Of a stretch of 64,000 nt of DNA, positions 19,321 to 28,055 are shown one piece after another. Location of the stretch: NCBI GenBank assembly GCA_044226015.1, contig JBGAHS010000004.1:448001-512000 (forward strand). The letters are read 5' to 3'. Source of the stretch: Candidatus Obscuribacteraceae bacterium. Its GTDB lineage: Bacteria > Cyanobacteriota > Vampirovibrionia > Obscuribacterales > Obscuribacteraceae. Position 1 is the first letter of the stretch; the number at the start of each line of letters is the position of its first letter. Position numbers and translations under genes: made by a program. Under the pieces are notes generated by a model that searched no databases, was not told where the DNA came from, and saw nothing but the letters and a program-made list of their open reading frames with translations.

Positions 19321-20445
19321 CTAACCGATAGCTGTTCGATTGTACTGTCTTAGCCTATTTTGTTCTTCAATGCTGGGGGGATTTCTTTTGGTCGTATCAG
19401 CATTTGGATCAATAGTGTTTCCACTTTGATCAACTTGAGGTTGCTTGTTTCGATCATCACCTTTAGCTTGTTCGGTGCCTGGTAAGCTGCCGTTTTGGCT
19501 GCCGGATTCCTTTCCAGTTTCATTGGTATTCTGACGTTTTCCGGGCTCGTCAGCGGTTTGTTGTTTTCCTGGTTTATCAGTGGGCTGACGTTTTCCAGGT
19601 TCATCAGTGTTTTGTCCCTTAGGTCCGCTATCGTTAGGATTTTGACCGTTTGGATTATCTACTTTTGGAGATTTTCCAGGCTCTGTGTTTGGTGCGTCAG
19701 GTGGTTTTCTTCCATCTGGTGTTTTGTTTCCATCTGGTGACTTTTCTGGCTCGTCTTCATTGCCATTTTCGTTAGGCCTGCCACCTTTTTTGGGAGCTTT
19801 CCGCCGTCCACCGCCTTTTCTGCGGCCGCCTTTGCGTCCCCCCTTACGGCCGCCTCTCTTTCCACCTTTTCCTCTACCTTTGCGTCCGCGTGATTTTCTG
19901 CGACGGCGTCTGCCACCTTTTCCAGGTCGGGCTGGCTTTTCCTTTTTCTCTTTCTTTTCGCGCTTTTCGATTTCTTCCTTAAGCTTCTTTATCTCAGCAT
20001 TAAGTTTATCGATTTCCGCTTTGATTTCCTCTGGACTCTTTTCCTTTGGTTTGTCAGTCGGTTTATTTTTGTCGACGTCTTTTGCATCTTTGTTTTCTAA
20101 TTTGTCTTTCTTCGGATCAACCGGGTCAGCATTTGCTGTGCGTTCTTTGTTTTTTTGATCTGCAACTTCTTTTGCTGCTCTGTCTCGGGCAGCTGGATCT
20201 CCGCTTGCGTTTGCTTGTTCAGCAAGTCCTTTATTATCTGCTTTATTGTCTTTTTTGCCGCTATCAAAAAGTTCCAGCGATGCTAGTGTAGGTGTGGCGC
20301 TGTTTTGACGGTCAACAGAGAAGCGTCCTGTGCCGTCGCGAAAGTTGTTCACTTCGGCTTGTGCACCACTTTCGCCACCATTATTTTTTCCAGCCTGACG
20401 ATCGCCTGCGTCTCTGAACGCAGACCTGTGCCGTTCCGATTCCAT
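19321..20445 (-). CDS. Low-complexity protein with a short coiled coil and an Arg/Lys/Gly-rich (protamine-like) tract
   Basis: ATG at 20445 after GGGAGGGCAGGAC; 'GKGGRRRRRKSRGRKGRGKGGKRGGRKGGRKGGRRKGGGRRK'; C-terminal 'DEPGKRQ'-type repeats. Confidence 0.7.
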   Translation of the reverse strand: MESERHRSAFRDAGDRQAGKNNGGESGAQAEVNNFRDGTGRFSVDRQNSATPTLASLELFDSGKKDNKADNKGLAEQANASGDPAARDRAAKEVADQKNKERTANADPVDPKKDKLENKDAKDVDKNKPTDKPKEKSPEEIKAEIDKLNAEIKKLKEEIEKREKKEKKEKPARPGKGGRRRRRKSRGRKGRGKGGKRGGRKGGRKGGRRKGGGRRKAPKKGGRPNENGNEDEPEKSPDGNKTPDGRKPPDAPNTEPGKSPKVDNPNGQNPNDSGPKGQNTDEPGKRQPTDKPGKQQTADEPGKRQNTNETGKESGSQNGSLPGTEQAKGDDRNKQPQVDQSGNTIDPNADTTKRNPPSIEEQNRLRQYNRTAIG

Positions 20446-20723
20446 TTGTCCTGCCCTCCCATGCAGCACGAAATGCTTGCTTCTCGAAGCAAGAGAGTCT
20501 GCTGCATTTCAACCAAAGACGCATCCCAAAAGCGCTTGGGGTGCTCTACTGAGCATATGATTACTAAAAGAGAATGCGTCCTACCAAAAACATCCTATGA
20601 TGATCTACGTAATTTTACTAATTAAATATTGGCACCAGAATTGAATCGCTTGAATCTGTAAATCTGCTTGCTGCAATGCGTACACGTTTTCGTGTATGGT
20701 AAATTTTTTTGTGTCACGGATTC

Positions 20724-20810
20724 GTTTTTTGCAGCTTTTATAGATCTAGTTTTTGCAACTTTTCTGGTTGGTTTTGCAGCTTTTACGGGTTGGTTTTTGC
20801 AGCTTTATTC
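20724..20810. repeat. Four imperfect ~22-25-bp repeats with core TTTTGCA(G/A)CTTT spanning the stop of the TPR gene
   Basis: Core seen at about 20727, 20751, 20772 and 20795. Confidence 0.7.
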
Positions 20811-21547
20811 CTTTCGATCATCTTCTTGATTCTGGCAATGTAATCAGTGCAATCCTTTTGGTCTTTTGGATCCTTTGAATGGGGAAGAGATCGAGTGAAC
20901 ATCTGAAGTGCTGCGTCGAGATCTTTTTTCACGAAAGAACACTCTGCAGAATTGAATTCTGCTTTGAATTCGTCTGGGCGCAAGCGCAGACTTTCGTTAT
21001 AGCTTCTTAGCGCATCATCTAATTGATTGGCGTCTTTCTGCGAATTTCCCATGTTATACCAGGCTGAAGCAAACGAGGGTTCTAGCTCAAGTGACTTCTT
21101 AAATTGTTCGATTGCTTCTACAAATTTTGCTTTCTTGTGCAATGCAATTCCTTTATTGAAATAGAATGTTGCATCATAGGGATAGAGTTGAATGGCTTCG
21201 TCATAACATTGAAGAGCCATCGTATAGTTGCCTTTTTTTGCGTAGATAACGCCATCTTCAGATGCGTCAACCGCTTGTTTCCAATTACTGTAGTCACCCT
21301 TGTTTGGGAAATCTCCGTTGGAGTCAGCTAATGATGATGTGTTAAAAACGAGCATGATGAGAGTAGCTCGCAAAAAAATCGACGAAATCTCTTTATATGA
21401 AGAGCCTTCATTCAGCTGCTTCCACTGATGAAATGCGTGTTGGCACATGTGAATAAATTTGGAATTGGATCTTGTAGGCAACTTGTGTGTGTGTCTTTGC
21501 TGATGGTTCAAGTGATTGCTCGTGTTCAAGTGATTGCTCGTGTTCAA
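20783..21547 (-). CDS. Tetratricopeptide-repeat protein, probably exported
   Basis: TPR motifs 'ALQCYDEAIQLYP..ATFYFNKGIAL', 'EPSFASAWYNMG'. True start is probably downstream of 21547, because that end lies in a DNA repeat. Confidence 0.8.
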   Translation of the reverse strand: MNTSNHLNTSNHLNHQQRHTHKLPTRSNSKFIHMCQHAFHQWKQLNEGSSYKEISSIFLRATLIMLVFNTSSLADSNGDFPNKGDYSNWKQAVDASEDGVIYAKKGNYTMALQCYDEAIQLYPYDATFYFNKGIALHKKAKFVEAIEQFKKSLELEPSFASAWYNMGNSQKDANQLDDALRSYNESLRLRPDEFKAEFNSAECSFVKKDLDAALQMFTRSLPHSKDPKDQKDCTDYIARIKKMIERNKAAKTNP

Positions 21548-21603
21548 GTGATTGCTGATGGTTCAAATATTTGCTGATGGTTCACGTGTTTGCTCTTGTT
21601 CTA
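21497..21603. repeat. Tandem 18/19-bp repeat (TTGCT(CGT|GATG)GTTCAAGTGA-like), 5-6 copies
   Basis: Units begin at 21497, 21516, 21534, 21552, 21571 and 21590 (degenerate). Confidence 0.85.
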
Positions 21604-21803
21604 TTGAGTGTCTTAAGAGACACGTCAGCGGATGTAGGAGATGTGTTCGTGTCGTGCGAGAAGCCTGTGTCGTGCAAATAAAACAAGCATAGTTTCGAAA
21701 GCAATTTTCCCTCTGAGAGGACAAATGTTTCGCTGCCTTGATGTCAAGGGTTCTTTTGGGTAAGTATTGGGTAGAAGCAGAATAGTGAAGTTGGAGACAG
21801 ACG

Positions 21804-22049
21804 GTGAAAACAGAACTTTCGGAGTCGATTGCCGGAGTGCAAAAGTCTTTTCAGGAAAAAAATACAGTTCTGAAAACCATTGTCTTCGGAATTTATAATA
21901 TCGCGGCGTTTCTCTGGGTGATGATGCTGTTGTCTGTTTATTTTCTTGTGGCTAATCAACGCGATCGAATTGCTGCTCTGAGGCAAGTCATCAAAGAAAA
22001 GGACTTGGCTTACCAATTTATTGATAATAGTGGAAACGGAGCCGGATAA
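21804..22049 (+). CDS. Small single-TM hypothetical protein
   Basis: GTG start after GGAGA; hydrophobic helix followed by a short coiled-coil-like tail. Confidence 0.45.
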   Translation: MKTELSESIAGVQKSFQEKNTVLKTIVFGIYNIAAFLWVMMLLSVYFLVANQRDRIAALRQVIKEKDLAYQFIDNSGNGAG

Positions 22050-22153
22050 TCTGGGGATCCGATTAGAGTTCAGGGGGGTAACTTGTGGATTGCGTCTATC
22101 TTTCCGCTTGAGGAATCCACTCTTTGGCGTTAAATGTGATGAGGTGAGGTCTT

Positions 22154-22513
22154 ATGAATCTCATTAAGAGAGGGTTAGTCGCTGGACTACTGGTATTGTC
22201 TTGTGTTGCAGGTATTGAAGTCCTTACTTCTCCTTCAATGCTGCCTGCAGATTCCGGCGCTTCAGTGCTGGCTGCAGATTGCGGTCCTTCAATGCTAGCT
22301 GCAGGTTGCGGTTCTTCAATGGGCGCAGATTCCGGTCCTTTAATGCTAGCCGCAGATTCCGATGTCGTAGCGTTCAATACATCGAATGGAAAGTACCACG
22401 ATAAATCTTGTAAGTGGGCGATTAAATGCACTGCCCATTGTGTTGACATTACTCGTGCAGAGGCTCATCGTAGGGGAGGCATCCCTTGTAAGGTTTGCAA
22501 TGGCGGCGAGTGA
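22154..22513 (+). CDS. Exported small protein with 9-aa repeats and an Ada-type zinc-binding-like domain
   Basis: GAGGTGAGG RBS; signal peptide; 'KYHDKSC...EAHRRGGIPCKVC'; five ~27-bp repeats (22233-22364) encoding SMLAADSGP-like units. Confidence 0.7.
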   Translation: MNLIKRGLVAGLLVLSCVAGIEVLTSPSMLPADSGASVLAADCGPSMLAAGCGSSMGADSGPLMLAADSDVVAFNTSNGKYHDKSCKWAIKCTAHCVDITRAEAHRRGGIPCKVCNGGE

Positions 22514-22576
22514 CGGCGAATGAAGGCGAGGTCACTCGGGCTCTGATTTGGCTGGGTTCGTTAGTGACTCAGCTAT

Positions 22577-23935
22577 TTAGCGTTTCCTTTTGCGTGGTGC
22601 TTGAAGAAAGGCATCATCAGTAACCAGGTCTAAGTCCGCGCCGCCATTTCTTTCGATTCCAGCAACTTTGCCGGTGTCTCCGGCATATTGCCAAAACTGA
22701 GCTTTCTTCCACGGTGCAGGGACGTTCATTTCTGGCACTTTCCAATTCGCTAACCAGAGTTCGTATTTCTTAAGGGAACTGTTATCTGTTCCTAGATTTT
22801 CTCGCGCAAATCGAGGATTCATATATAGTGCAATTCTCGTATCCGGACCAAGCATCTTCTTCACACCATCACAGAATTCGTTGATGATTTTTACTCTTTC
22901 CGCGGAGGTGTACTCATGACCATCGGGAGCTGTCTTCCACATTGGCTTGGTTTCATCCTCCTCTACATCCATGACGACTGGCAGTCTGTTATCGGTTTTG
23001 CCAACAGTTTTTGCAAATAGCTCTATTTGAGCTTGCATTGATGCATCAGGTCGAAAGAAATGATAATAGCCCAGCTTGACACCATTGGCGGTGGCATTTT
23101 CTCTGTTCTGTTCGAATTTGGGATCTACAATTGTGGTGCCATCTCTTTTTGACCCTGTTGCCTTCAAGAAAGCAAATTCAACGCCACTTGCTGCTACCTG
23201 CTTCCAATCGATATCGTTGTCCCAGCGGGAGACGTCGATTCCTCTTGTCTTATTCAAAGTCTTTTCGACTCTATCTGTTATTTCTTTATTTGACCAACGC
23301 TCGGGCTGATCTCCGATCTTGTAAGCACCGTCGTGTCCCAGGTCACGATGAGAAATACGCCTGGCTTCCATATGGATTTGTTCGTAGGTCCAAGGAATTT
23401 TGCCGAGCTTGTTTTCTGCATTCATTCGTATCAGAACCTGTTCAGGTCCTTCGCCTTGTTGCAGTTGATCAAGCTTAAAGTTCTTGCTGTTGAAGAGGTG
23501 ATTGAAATAAACCTTCTCTGCTGCTTTTCTTTCTTCAGGTGTTCTTGGAGCCGTGTCACCACTTGGATTGTCTTCAATTTTTACTGGTTTCACATCTTTA
23601 TTTGCCGGAGCGGCGGCACCATCTTTAGCTGTTGTGGCAGTGGCTTCTGGTTTTGAAGCATCCTTTTTCTCAGTGTTAGGTTCGACTTTGGTTTGCTCAG
23701 GTTTGCTTTCTGCCTTTGGAGAATTTAATTGTTTCCCTTCAACTATTGATGGCTTTATTTCAGGGATAGCTTGAGCTTCTATTTTGCTTGGATTTGGTGA
23801 CTTGCTAGGATTGGCGCTATCAACAACAGTGCTAGTTGTTTTGCGCACGGAAAATTCTTGCGAAAGTGCATCTGAAGCTTTTTGCTCTTCACTCTTGTTT
23901 TTTCCATCTTGCTTTTCGATTGATATGTCTGCCAT
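22577..23935 (-). CDS. GH25 muramidase (lysozyme M1-like) with long disordered N-terminal extension
   Basis: 'GIDVSRWDNDIDW', 'FAFLKAT', 'GYYHFF', 'VMDVE' (DxE), 'LWLANW', 'FWQY', 'DLD'; no signal peptide. Confidence 0.9.
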   Translation of the reverse strand: MADISIEKQDGKNKSEEQKASDALSQEFSVRKTTSTVVDSANPSKSPNPSKIEAQAIPEIKPSIVEGKQLNSPKAESKPEQTKVEPNTEKKDASKPEATATTAKDGAAAPANKDVKPVKIEDNPSGDTAPRTPEERKAAEKVYFNHLFNSKNFKLDQLQQGEGPEQVLIRMNAENKLGKIPWTYEQIHMEARRISHRDLGHDGAYKIGDQPERWSNKEITDRVEKTLNKTRGIDVSRWDNDIDWKQVAASGVEFAFLKATGSKRDGTTIVDPKFEQNRENATANGVKLGYYHFFRPDASMQAQIELFAKTVGKTDNRLPVVMDVEEDETKPMWKTAPDGHEYTSAERVKIINEFCDGVKKMLGPDTRIALYMNPRFARENLGTDNSSLKKYELWLANWKVPEMNVPAPWKKAQFWQYAGDTGKVAGIERNGGADLDLVTDDAFLQAPRKRKR

Positions 23936-24358
23936 TGTTTTTTTCCATTAATTCGTTGAACAAGAGTAAACAGGTTTCAAGTGAAAAGACTGTGAAACGG
24001 CCCGTAATCCATCTAGTGAAGGTCGTAAGTACTGTCGAATTGATGTGCTAAATGCGCTCAGGTTCTTATTTCTATTATTCCCAGTTATTTCTACTATAAG
24101 ACTACCTTTTCTATATCAAAGTTTTCGAAATACAGTCTTTTGCTGTGTAATTAAACAGCTGGTGATCACAAGTTTTTGTAGTTAGAAAATCACTGTGCGT
24201 TCTTGCAATTGTTCGTCAATTTTGAACTGTAGTCCGAATGATACTAATGCATGAATCACCAGTTGATTATTCACGCAATTTTTGCTCCTATTAGTCTATG
24301 TTAGCTGCATGTAATGTTTCAGAACTTCTCGTTTCAACGAGTATAAGGACACCCCGTA

Positions 24359-24781
24359 ATGTCAACAAGCACTGAAAAGAACGGAAATTTGGCGCGAGGA
24401 CCAAAGATGCGGTCCATCTCGCGGAACGCAGCTCTTCGTACCTCTGCGTACGAACGAGTAGAAGCTAACTCACTATCATCTAAACGTCGATCATATCAAG
24501 ATCGTCAACTTCGCTACCGGAGCTTAGGTGTTCGGGACGCTTCTAGCAAAAGGCGAAGCGGAAACTCTAGGGCATCATATACGGTGCCACAAGCTGCAGG
24601 GCATTTCGACATGCTCGGAAGGCTATTCAGTAAGATATTTTTGGCGCTCTCAAAGCCTGACACGCAGGACTATTATGACCAATATGATCCGATGCGAAAA
24701 ATACTCGCAAGCCAACAAAGTTGGAGATCAGACGGTGAATCTGATTACAAACCAAGTGGATACGTATCGGGGCATTTTTGA
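24359..24781 (+). CDS. Hypothetical Arg/Ser-rich protein
   Basis: ATG after TAAGGAC; no family recognised. Confidence 0.45.
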   Translation: MSTSTEKNGNLARGPKMRSISRNAALRTSAYERVEANSLSSKRRSYQDRQLRYRSLGVRDASSKRRSGNSRASYTVPQAAGHFDMLGRLFSKIFLALSKPDTQDYYDQYDPMRKILASQQSWRSDGESDYKPSGYVSGHF

Positions 24782-24816
24782 GCGCGTTGAGTGCTGAATC
24801 CAGGCGCGAGGACATT

Positions 24817-26346
24817 TTAATGGAAGAAATGCATCAATTGCTCGTCACGATCAACCTTGTAGCGCCAACCTTCCATTAAGTCTTGGCCGATGCAGCATCC
24901 GGCAAAACCACCTATTCGGACACAGAACTCATCTTTCTTGATGGGACCCACTCTGATGGTGACATAATCCTTCACCATGCTGATGGAACCACCAACACCT
25001 GTGCCGCGCTCAAGCTCGCCATTTAGATCTAACCCGATTGCTTTTGCAGTCGGGTAATCTATTATGGTGGCAAATGAGCCGGTATCAATGAAGGCGCTGA
25101 TTTTGTGCCCGTTGATTTCAACCTCAATTATGTCTTTACTTGCGATGTGATGGCATGGTATGTCGTATAGAGGATCGAAGTTTGCTTCTTTTTTCAGTTT
25201 CTTATGAAGGTCGACTCTGCCTGCCTTATCATCTATAGAGTATTGATAGCCGTAAATGAAATCTTGTCCAATTAGATTTGTGGAAAAATCATTTCCGGCT
25301 GCTGCTATTCTGATTGGAAGTTTTCTTTGGAAATTCCCCAATTTAATTTCTGCATCTGTCTGAGTTATCGGTATGGATACACCAGCCCAACCACGAGCAT
25401 AACCAGCTGGTTGAGCATTGTTAATATCAACTCCTGCTTTCTTCAGTGGCTCATCGTAGAAAAAAGCACTCGCGCCCGTATCAAAAATCGCTTTTACTGG
25501 ATGCCCGTTTACCACTAGATCAACATTCATGTGTCCATGTTCGCCGCGTTTAAAGAAGAAACTAGCTGTTTCTGGCAGCGAGTCTGCATCCGAAGGTCTG
25601 CTCAATTCTTTGATGTCTAGTGTTAAATCTGCAACAGATTCCAACTTCTTATTAGCTGTATCAGATGCTCCCGGAGCCGGAACATCGATGCCTTTCTTTT
25701 GATAGGGTGCGGGGTTCGCGTCTGAACTCATGAAGTAATGAAGTATGGCATTTTGTTTCTTATCTGGAACTTTTGGCCAGGGGTTCGCAGGTGACGAGGA
25801 CTTTACTGCAGCAATTGCAGCATCGTCGAGAGGTTTGAATCCAGATGATTGAACGACCTTGATGTTCGTTAGAGTTCCATCCTTTTGAGCGATAAATCCT
25901 ATTGCCACTCTGTAGGGTGTTTTCAACTTTGGTGGATGCCAATTGTATTTTAGTTTTCGTAGCAGTTCTTTGTGGTAGGTGGACCAATCCTCATCAGCTT
26001 TGCTTTGTCTCATGCCGAGGTCCATTGTCTTGTATTGAGAGTTCAGCGCGTTAGTTAGATAGTCAATTTTTGCAATTAAAGTATCTTCCGGCTCGCCTTT
26101 TCTAGCAGCGATCTCAATTTCTTCCAGCTTGTCCAAATATGGACCTATTCCCATTCCTAAAGATTTTGCTGTAAGAAGCTTTTTGAAAATAGCTTGTCTC
26201 TTGTCTAAAGCAGGACCCGGCGCAAATTGATAGGTTGTTGGGTCTTGTTTTATTATCTGAACGGCTTTTGCTATTGGAATCGCGTTGAATAATAGGATTG
26301 CAAAAAATAGCGCTACCCAATTGAAGGTTTTCATTGAAACTCTCAT
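24817..26346 (-). CDS. Exported protein: TonB/TolA C-terminal-like domain plus two retropepsin-like aspartyl protease domains
   Basis: Signal-peptide-like 'MKTFNWVALFFAILLFNAIPIAKA'; 'KDGTLTNIKVVQSSGFKPLDDAAIAAV'; 'AIFDTGAS..LIGQDF' and 'AFIDTGS..IGQDL'. Start at 26334-26403 uncertain. Confidence 0.8.
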   Translation of the reverse strand: MRVSMKTFNWVALFFAILLFNAIPIAKAVQIIKQDPTTYQFAPGPALDKRQAIFKKLLTAKSLGMGIGPYLDKLEEIEIAARKGEPEDTLIAKIDYLTNALNSQYKTMDLGMRQSKADEDWSTYHKELLRKLKYNWHPPKLKTPYRVAIGFIAQKDGTLTNIKVVQSSGFKPLDDAAIAAVKSSSPANPWPKVPDKKQNAILHYFMSSDANPAPYQKKGIDVPAPGASDTANKKLESVADLTLDIKELSRPSDADSLPETASFFFKRGEHGHMNVDLVVNGHPVKAIFDTGASAFFYDEPLKKAGVDINNAQPAGYARGWAGVSIPITQTDAEIKLGNFQRKLPIRIAAAGNDFSTNLIGQDFIYGYQYSIDDKAGRVDLHKKLKKEANFDPLYDIPCHHIASKDIIEVEINGHKISAFIDTGSFATIIDYPTAKAIGLDLNGELERGTGVGGSISMVKDYVTIRVGPIKKDEFCVRIGGFAGCCIGQDLMEGWRYKVDRDEQLMHFFH

Positions 26347-26544
26347 TGTTTCTTTTCTGTTGTAGTAGTTATACTCGGATCCATTTTCAAAAATGGATCT
26401 CATCCCTAAGACCTAATTATAGTTCTTCGGGGTTGCATAGTTTGCTGGCTTGTCGATGAAGATAGAACACTGATGCTTCTCAAGTGGTCGCGTGTATCTG
26501 CTATATACGATGCCGACTCGCTCGTTGGTATTTTACCGAGGTCT

Positions 26545-26584
26545 GGTAGAAAAACTAAATCGTTAACGATTTAGTTTTTCTACC
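26545..26584. repeat. Perfect 40-bp palindrome GGTAGAAAAACTAAATCGTT|AACGATTTAGTTTTTCTACC
   Basis: 20-bp arms, no loop, no mismatch (checked base by base). Confidence 0.95.
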
Positions 26585-26607
26585 TAAGGGTGGGAAAAGT
26601 GGGGCTT

Positions 26608-26674
26608 AAAAAAAAAAGTTTCGCAGGCAAACAGACACTGCCGAAAACCTGGCAGTGTCCGTTTGCCTGCGAAA
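26608..26674 (-). terminator. Long hairpin (24-bp stem, 8-nt loop) followed by a T-tract on the minus strand
   Basis: Arms 26619-26642 and 26651-26674 with one mismatch, which is a G-U pair on the minus strand; A10 at 26608-26617 gives a U-tract downstream of the 26765..27787 gene. Confidence 0.7.
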
Positions 26675-26764
26675 TCAAAAAAATATGCGGTAAGCCATTT
26701 CATCATGGCAGAAAAATGCCGAAAATAAAGTAAGACAGCCTGCCTGCTTCTAACGTGTTTTTTC

Positions 26765-27787
26765 TCAGGCTACGATTGTGTCCAAGGGGATTCGAACATT
26801 AATGGGAGAAACGTAATTGCGAAGTTCTTGCCTGCTGGCAGATTCTTTGTCGAGTATTTTGAAAATAAGATCATGCTTTTCCCATATGTCTTTTTGAATG
26901 GTTGACCAATAGAGAGCCAGATGCAATTGAAGGTATTTTCTACTTATGGTCTGCGCTATTCGTTTTATATTTTCGATGAAGTCAATTACAACCTTTTTGC
27001 TGCTCTCAGGCAGATTTATTGACGAACTATTTTTATTCTTCTTGGACAATCTAAATTGATGTCCCGCAAGTGACTGAATGATTCCCTTCATTTCAAGCGA
27101 AGTAAGGAGAAATAACAGGTCCGAAAAATCAAGCATAGTGGCATCAACCAATTCGTCTAAAGTTGAAAGTTCAACAGTCATTAGTTGATTGAGCAAAGAT
27201 TTCTCCATGTCACTAAGGGCAACGTCTTCCAATTCGTCGCATTCAGGTTTTGCAGAGGCGTCTTCTTTGTCTGTGTTTTTTTGTGCAGCATTAGACTCTT
27301 CCATCGTTGTTTGTTCAGCCCTTGGATGTTGTCTTGCAGGCGTTTCGGTGCTACGGCGAGCGAAGATTTCAGTGAACTCACTAGACGGCACCGTTGGCAG
27401 AATTTCCATCAGCTCTAGCAAATTCAGAGCAATTGTTTTCGCTATACGTTCGGCGGTGTCAGACGTTACTTCTAAATATTCAGCGAATTCACTACAGGAA
27501 AATCTAATACCCATTTGTAAGAACCAGAGTCCGGCGAACCATGCGCGTATTCGCCTGATTCGCTCTAAAAAGGTCCCGGCGAAGATCCAATTTTCTGAAC
27601 CACATGATGAGCATTTGCGAGTTCGGAAAGAATCTGTAGCTTTTAAATCTGTATTTCCACATGAAGAACAAGGTTTATTTTGATTCCAGCCTTTTTCAAA
27701 AAGATAATCAACTACACTCATTTCGTCAGGGAAACGTTTGTTGAATTCAGGAAACATGAGCACAAAGGCACTTGGCTCTCTATTCAT
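26765..27787 (-). CDS. IS1595-family transposase-derived protein (Zn ribbon + HTH + winged helix; no DDE core seen)
   Basis: 'EFNKRFPDE...CSSCG...KCSSCG...AGTFLE' matches the IS1595 N-terminus; 'ISRKYLQLHL' resembles the IS1595 C-terminal motif; central 'TLDELV...LTSLEMKGIIQSLAGHQF' resembles a DprA-type wHTH. Confidence 0.65.
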   Translation of the reverse strand: MNREPSAFVLMFPEFNKRFPDEMSVVDYLFEKGWNQNKPCSSCGNTDLKATDSFRTRKCSSCGSENWIFAGTFLERIRRIRAWFAGLWFLQMGIRFSCSEFAEYLEVTSDTAERIAKTIALNLLELMEILPTVPSSEFTEIFARRSTETPARQHPRAEQTTMEESNAAQKNTDKEDASAKPECDELEDVALSDMEKSLLNQLMTVELSTLDELVDATMLDFSDLLFLLTSLEMKGIIQSLAGHQFRLSKKNKNSSSINLPESSKKVVIDFIENIKRIAQTISRKYLQLHLALYWSTIQKDIWEKHDLIFKILDKESASRQELRNYVSPINVRIPLDTIVA

Positions 27788-27991
27788 GGAACCACCTCAC
27801 AGGAATTGGCGTATATTCCTAATAACGTTGGTGAGGTCAAAAAAGTTCAATGAATAAGGTTAACTTCTTCTGGTATTTCTTGCTGACAACGAATCGTTCT
27901 CTTGTTTTTCACACGGTTGCTGCTTAGTCAATTTCGCCTGAATCTCATTCGGGAGTCTGGCTGCTGTGCATCCGAGTTCAATGTAGTTGAA

Positions 27992-28032
27992 AAGAAAAGA
28001 GCTTTCCCAATGGTGGAAGAAGCTCTTTTCTT
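27992..28032. terminator. Intrinsic terminator downstream of tryptophanase
   Basis: 13-bp perfect arms AAGAAAAGAGCTT / AAGCTCTTTTCTT, 23 nt after the tnaA stop. Confidence 0.75.
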
Positions 28033-28055
28033 AATAGATAAATCGATGTCTGAAA

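Noticed and set aside
21497..21603. 18/19-bp repeats as a mini-CRISPR
   Set aside because: No spacers; degenerate head-to-tail duplication.
26765..27787. Active, complete IS1595 element
   Set aside because: No recognisable DDE region, terminal inverted repeats or target-site duplication by eye.
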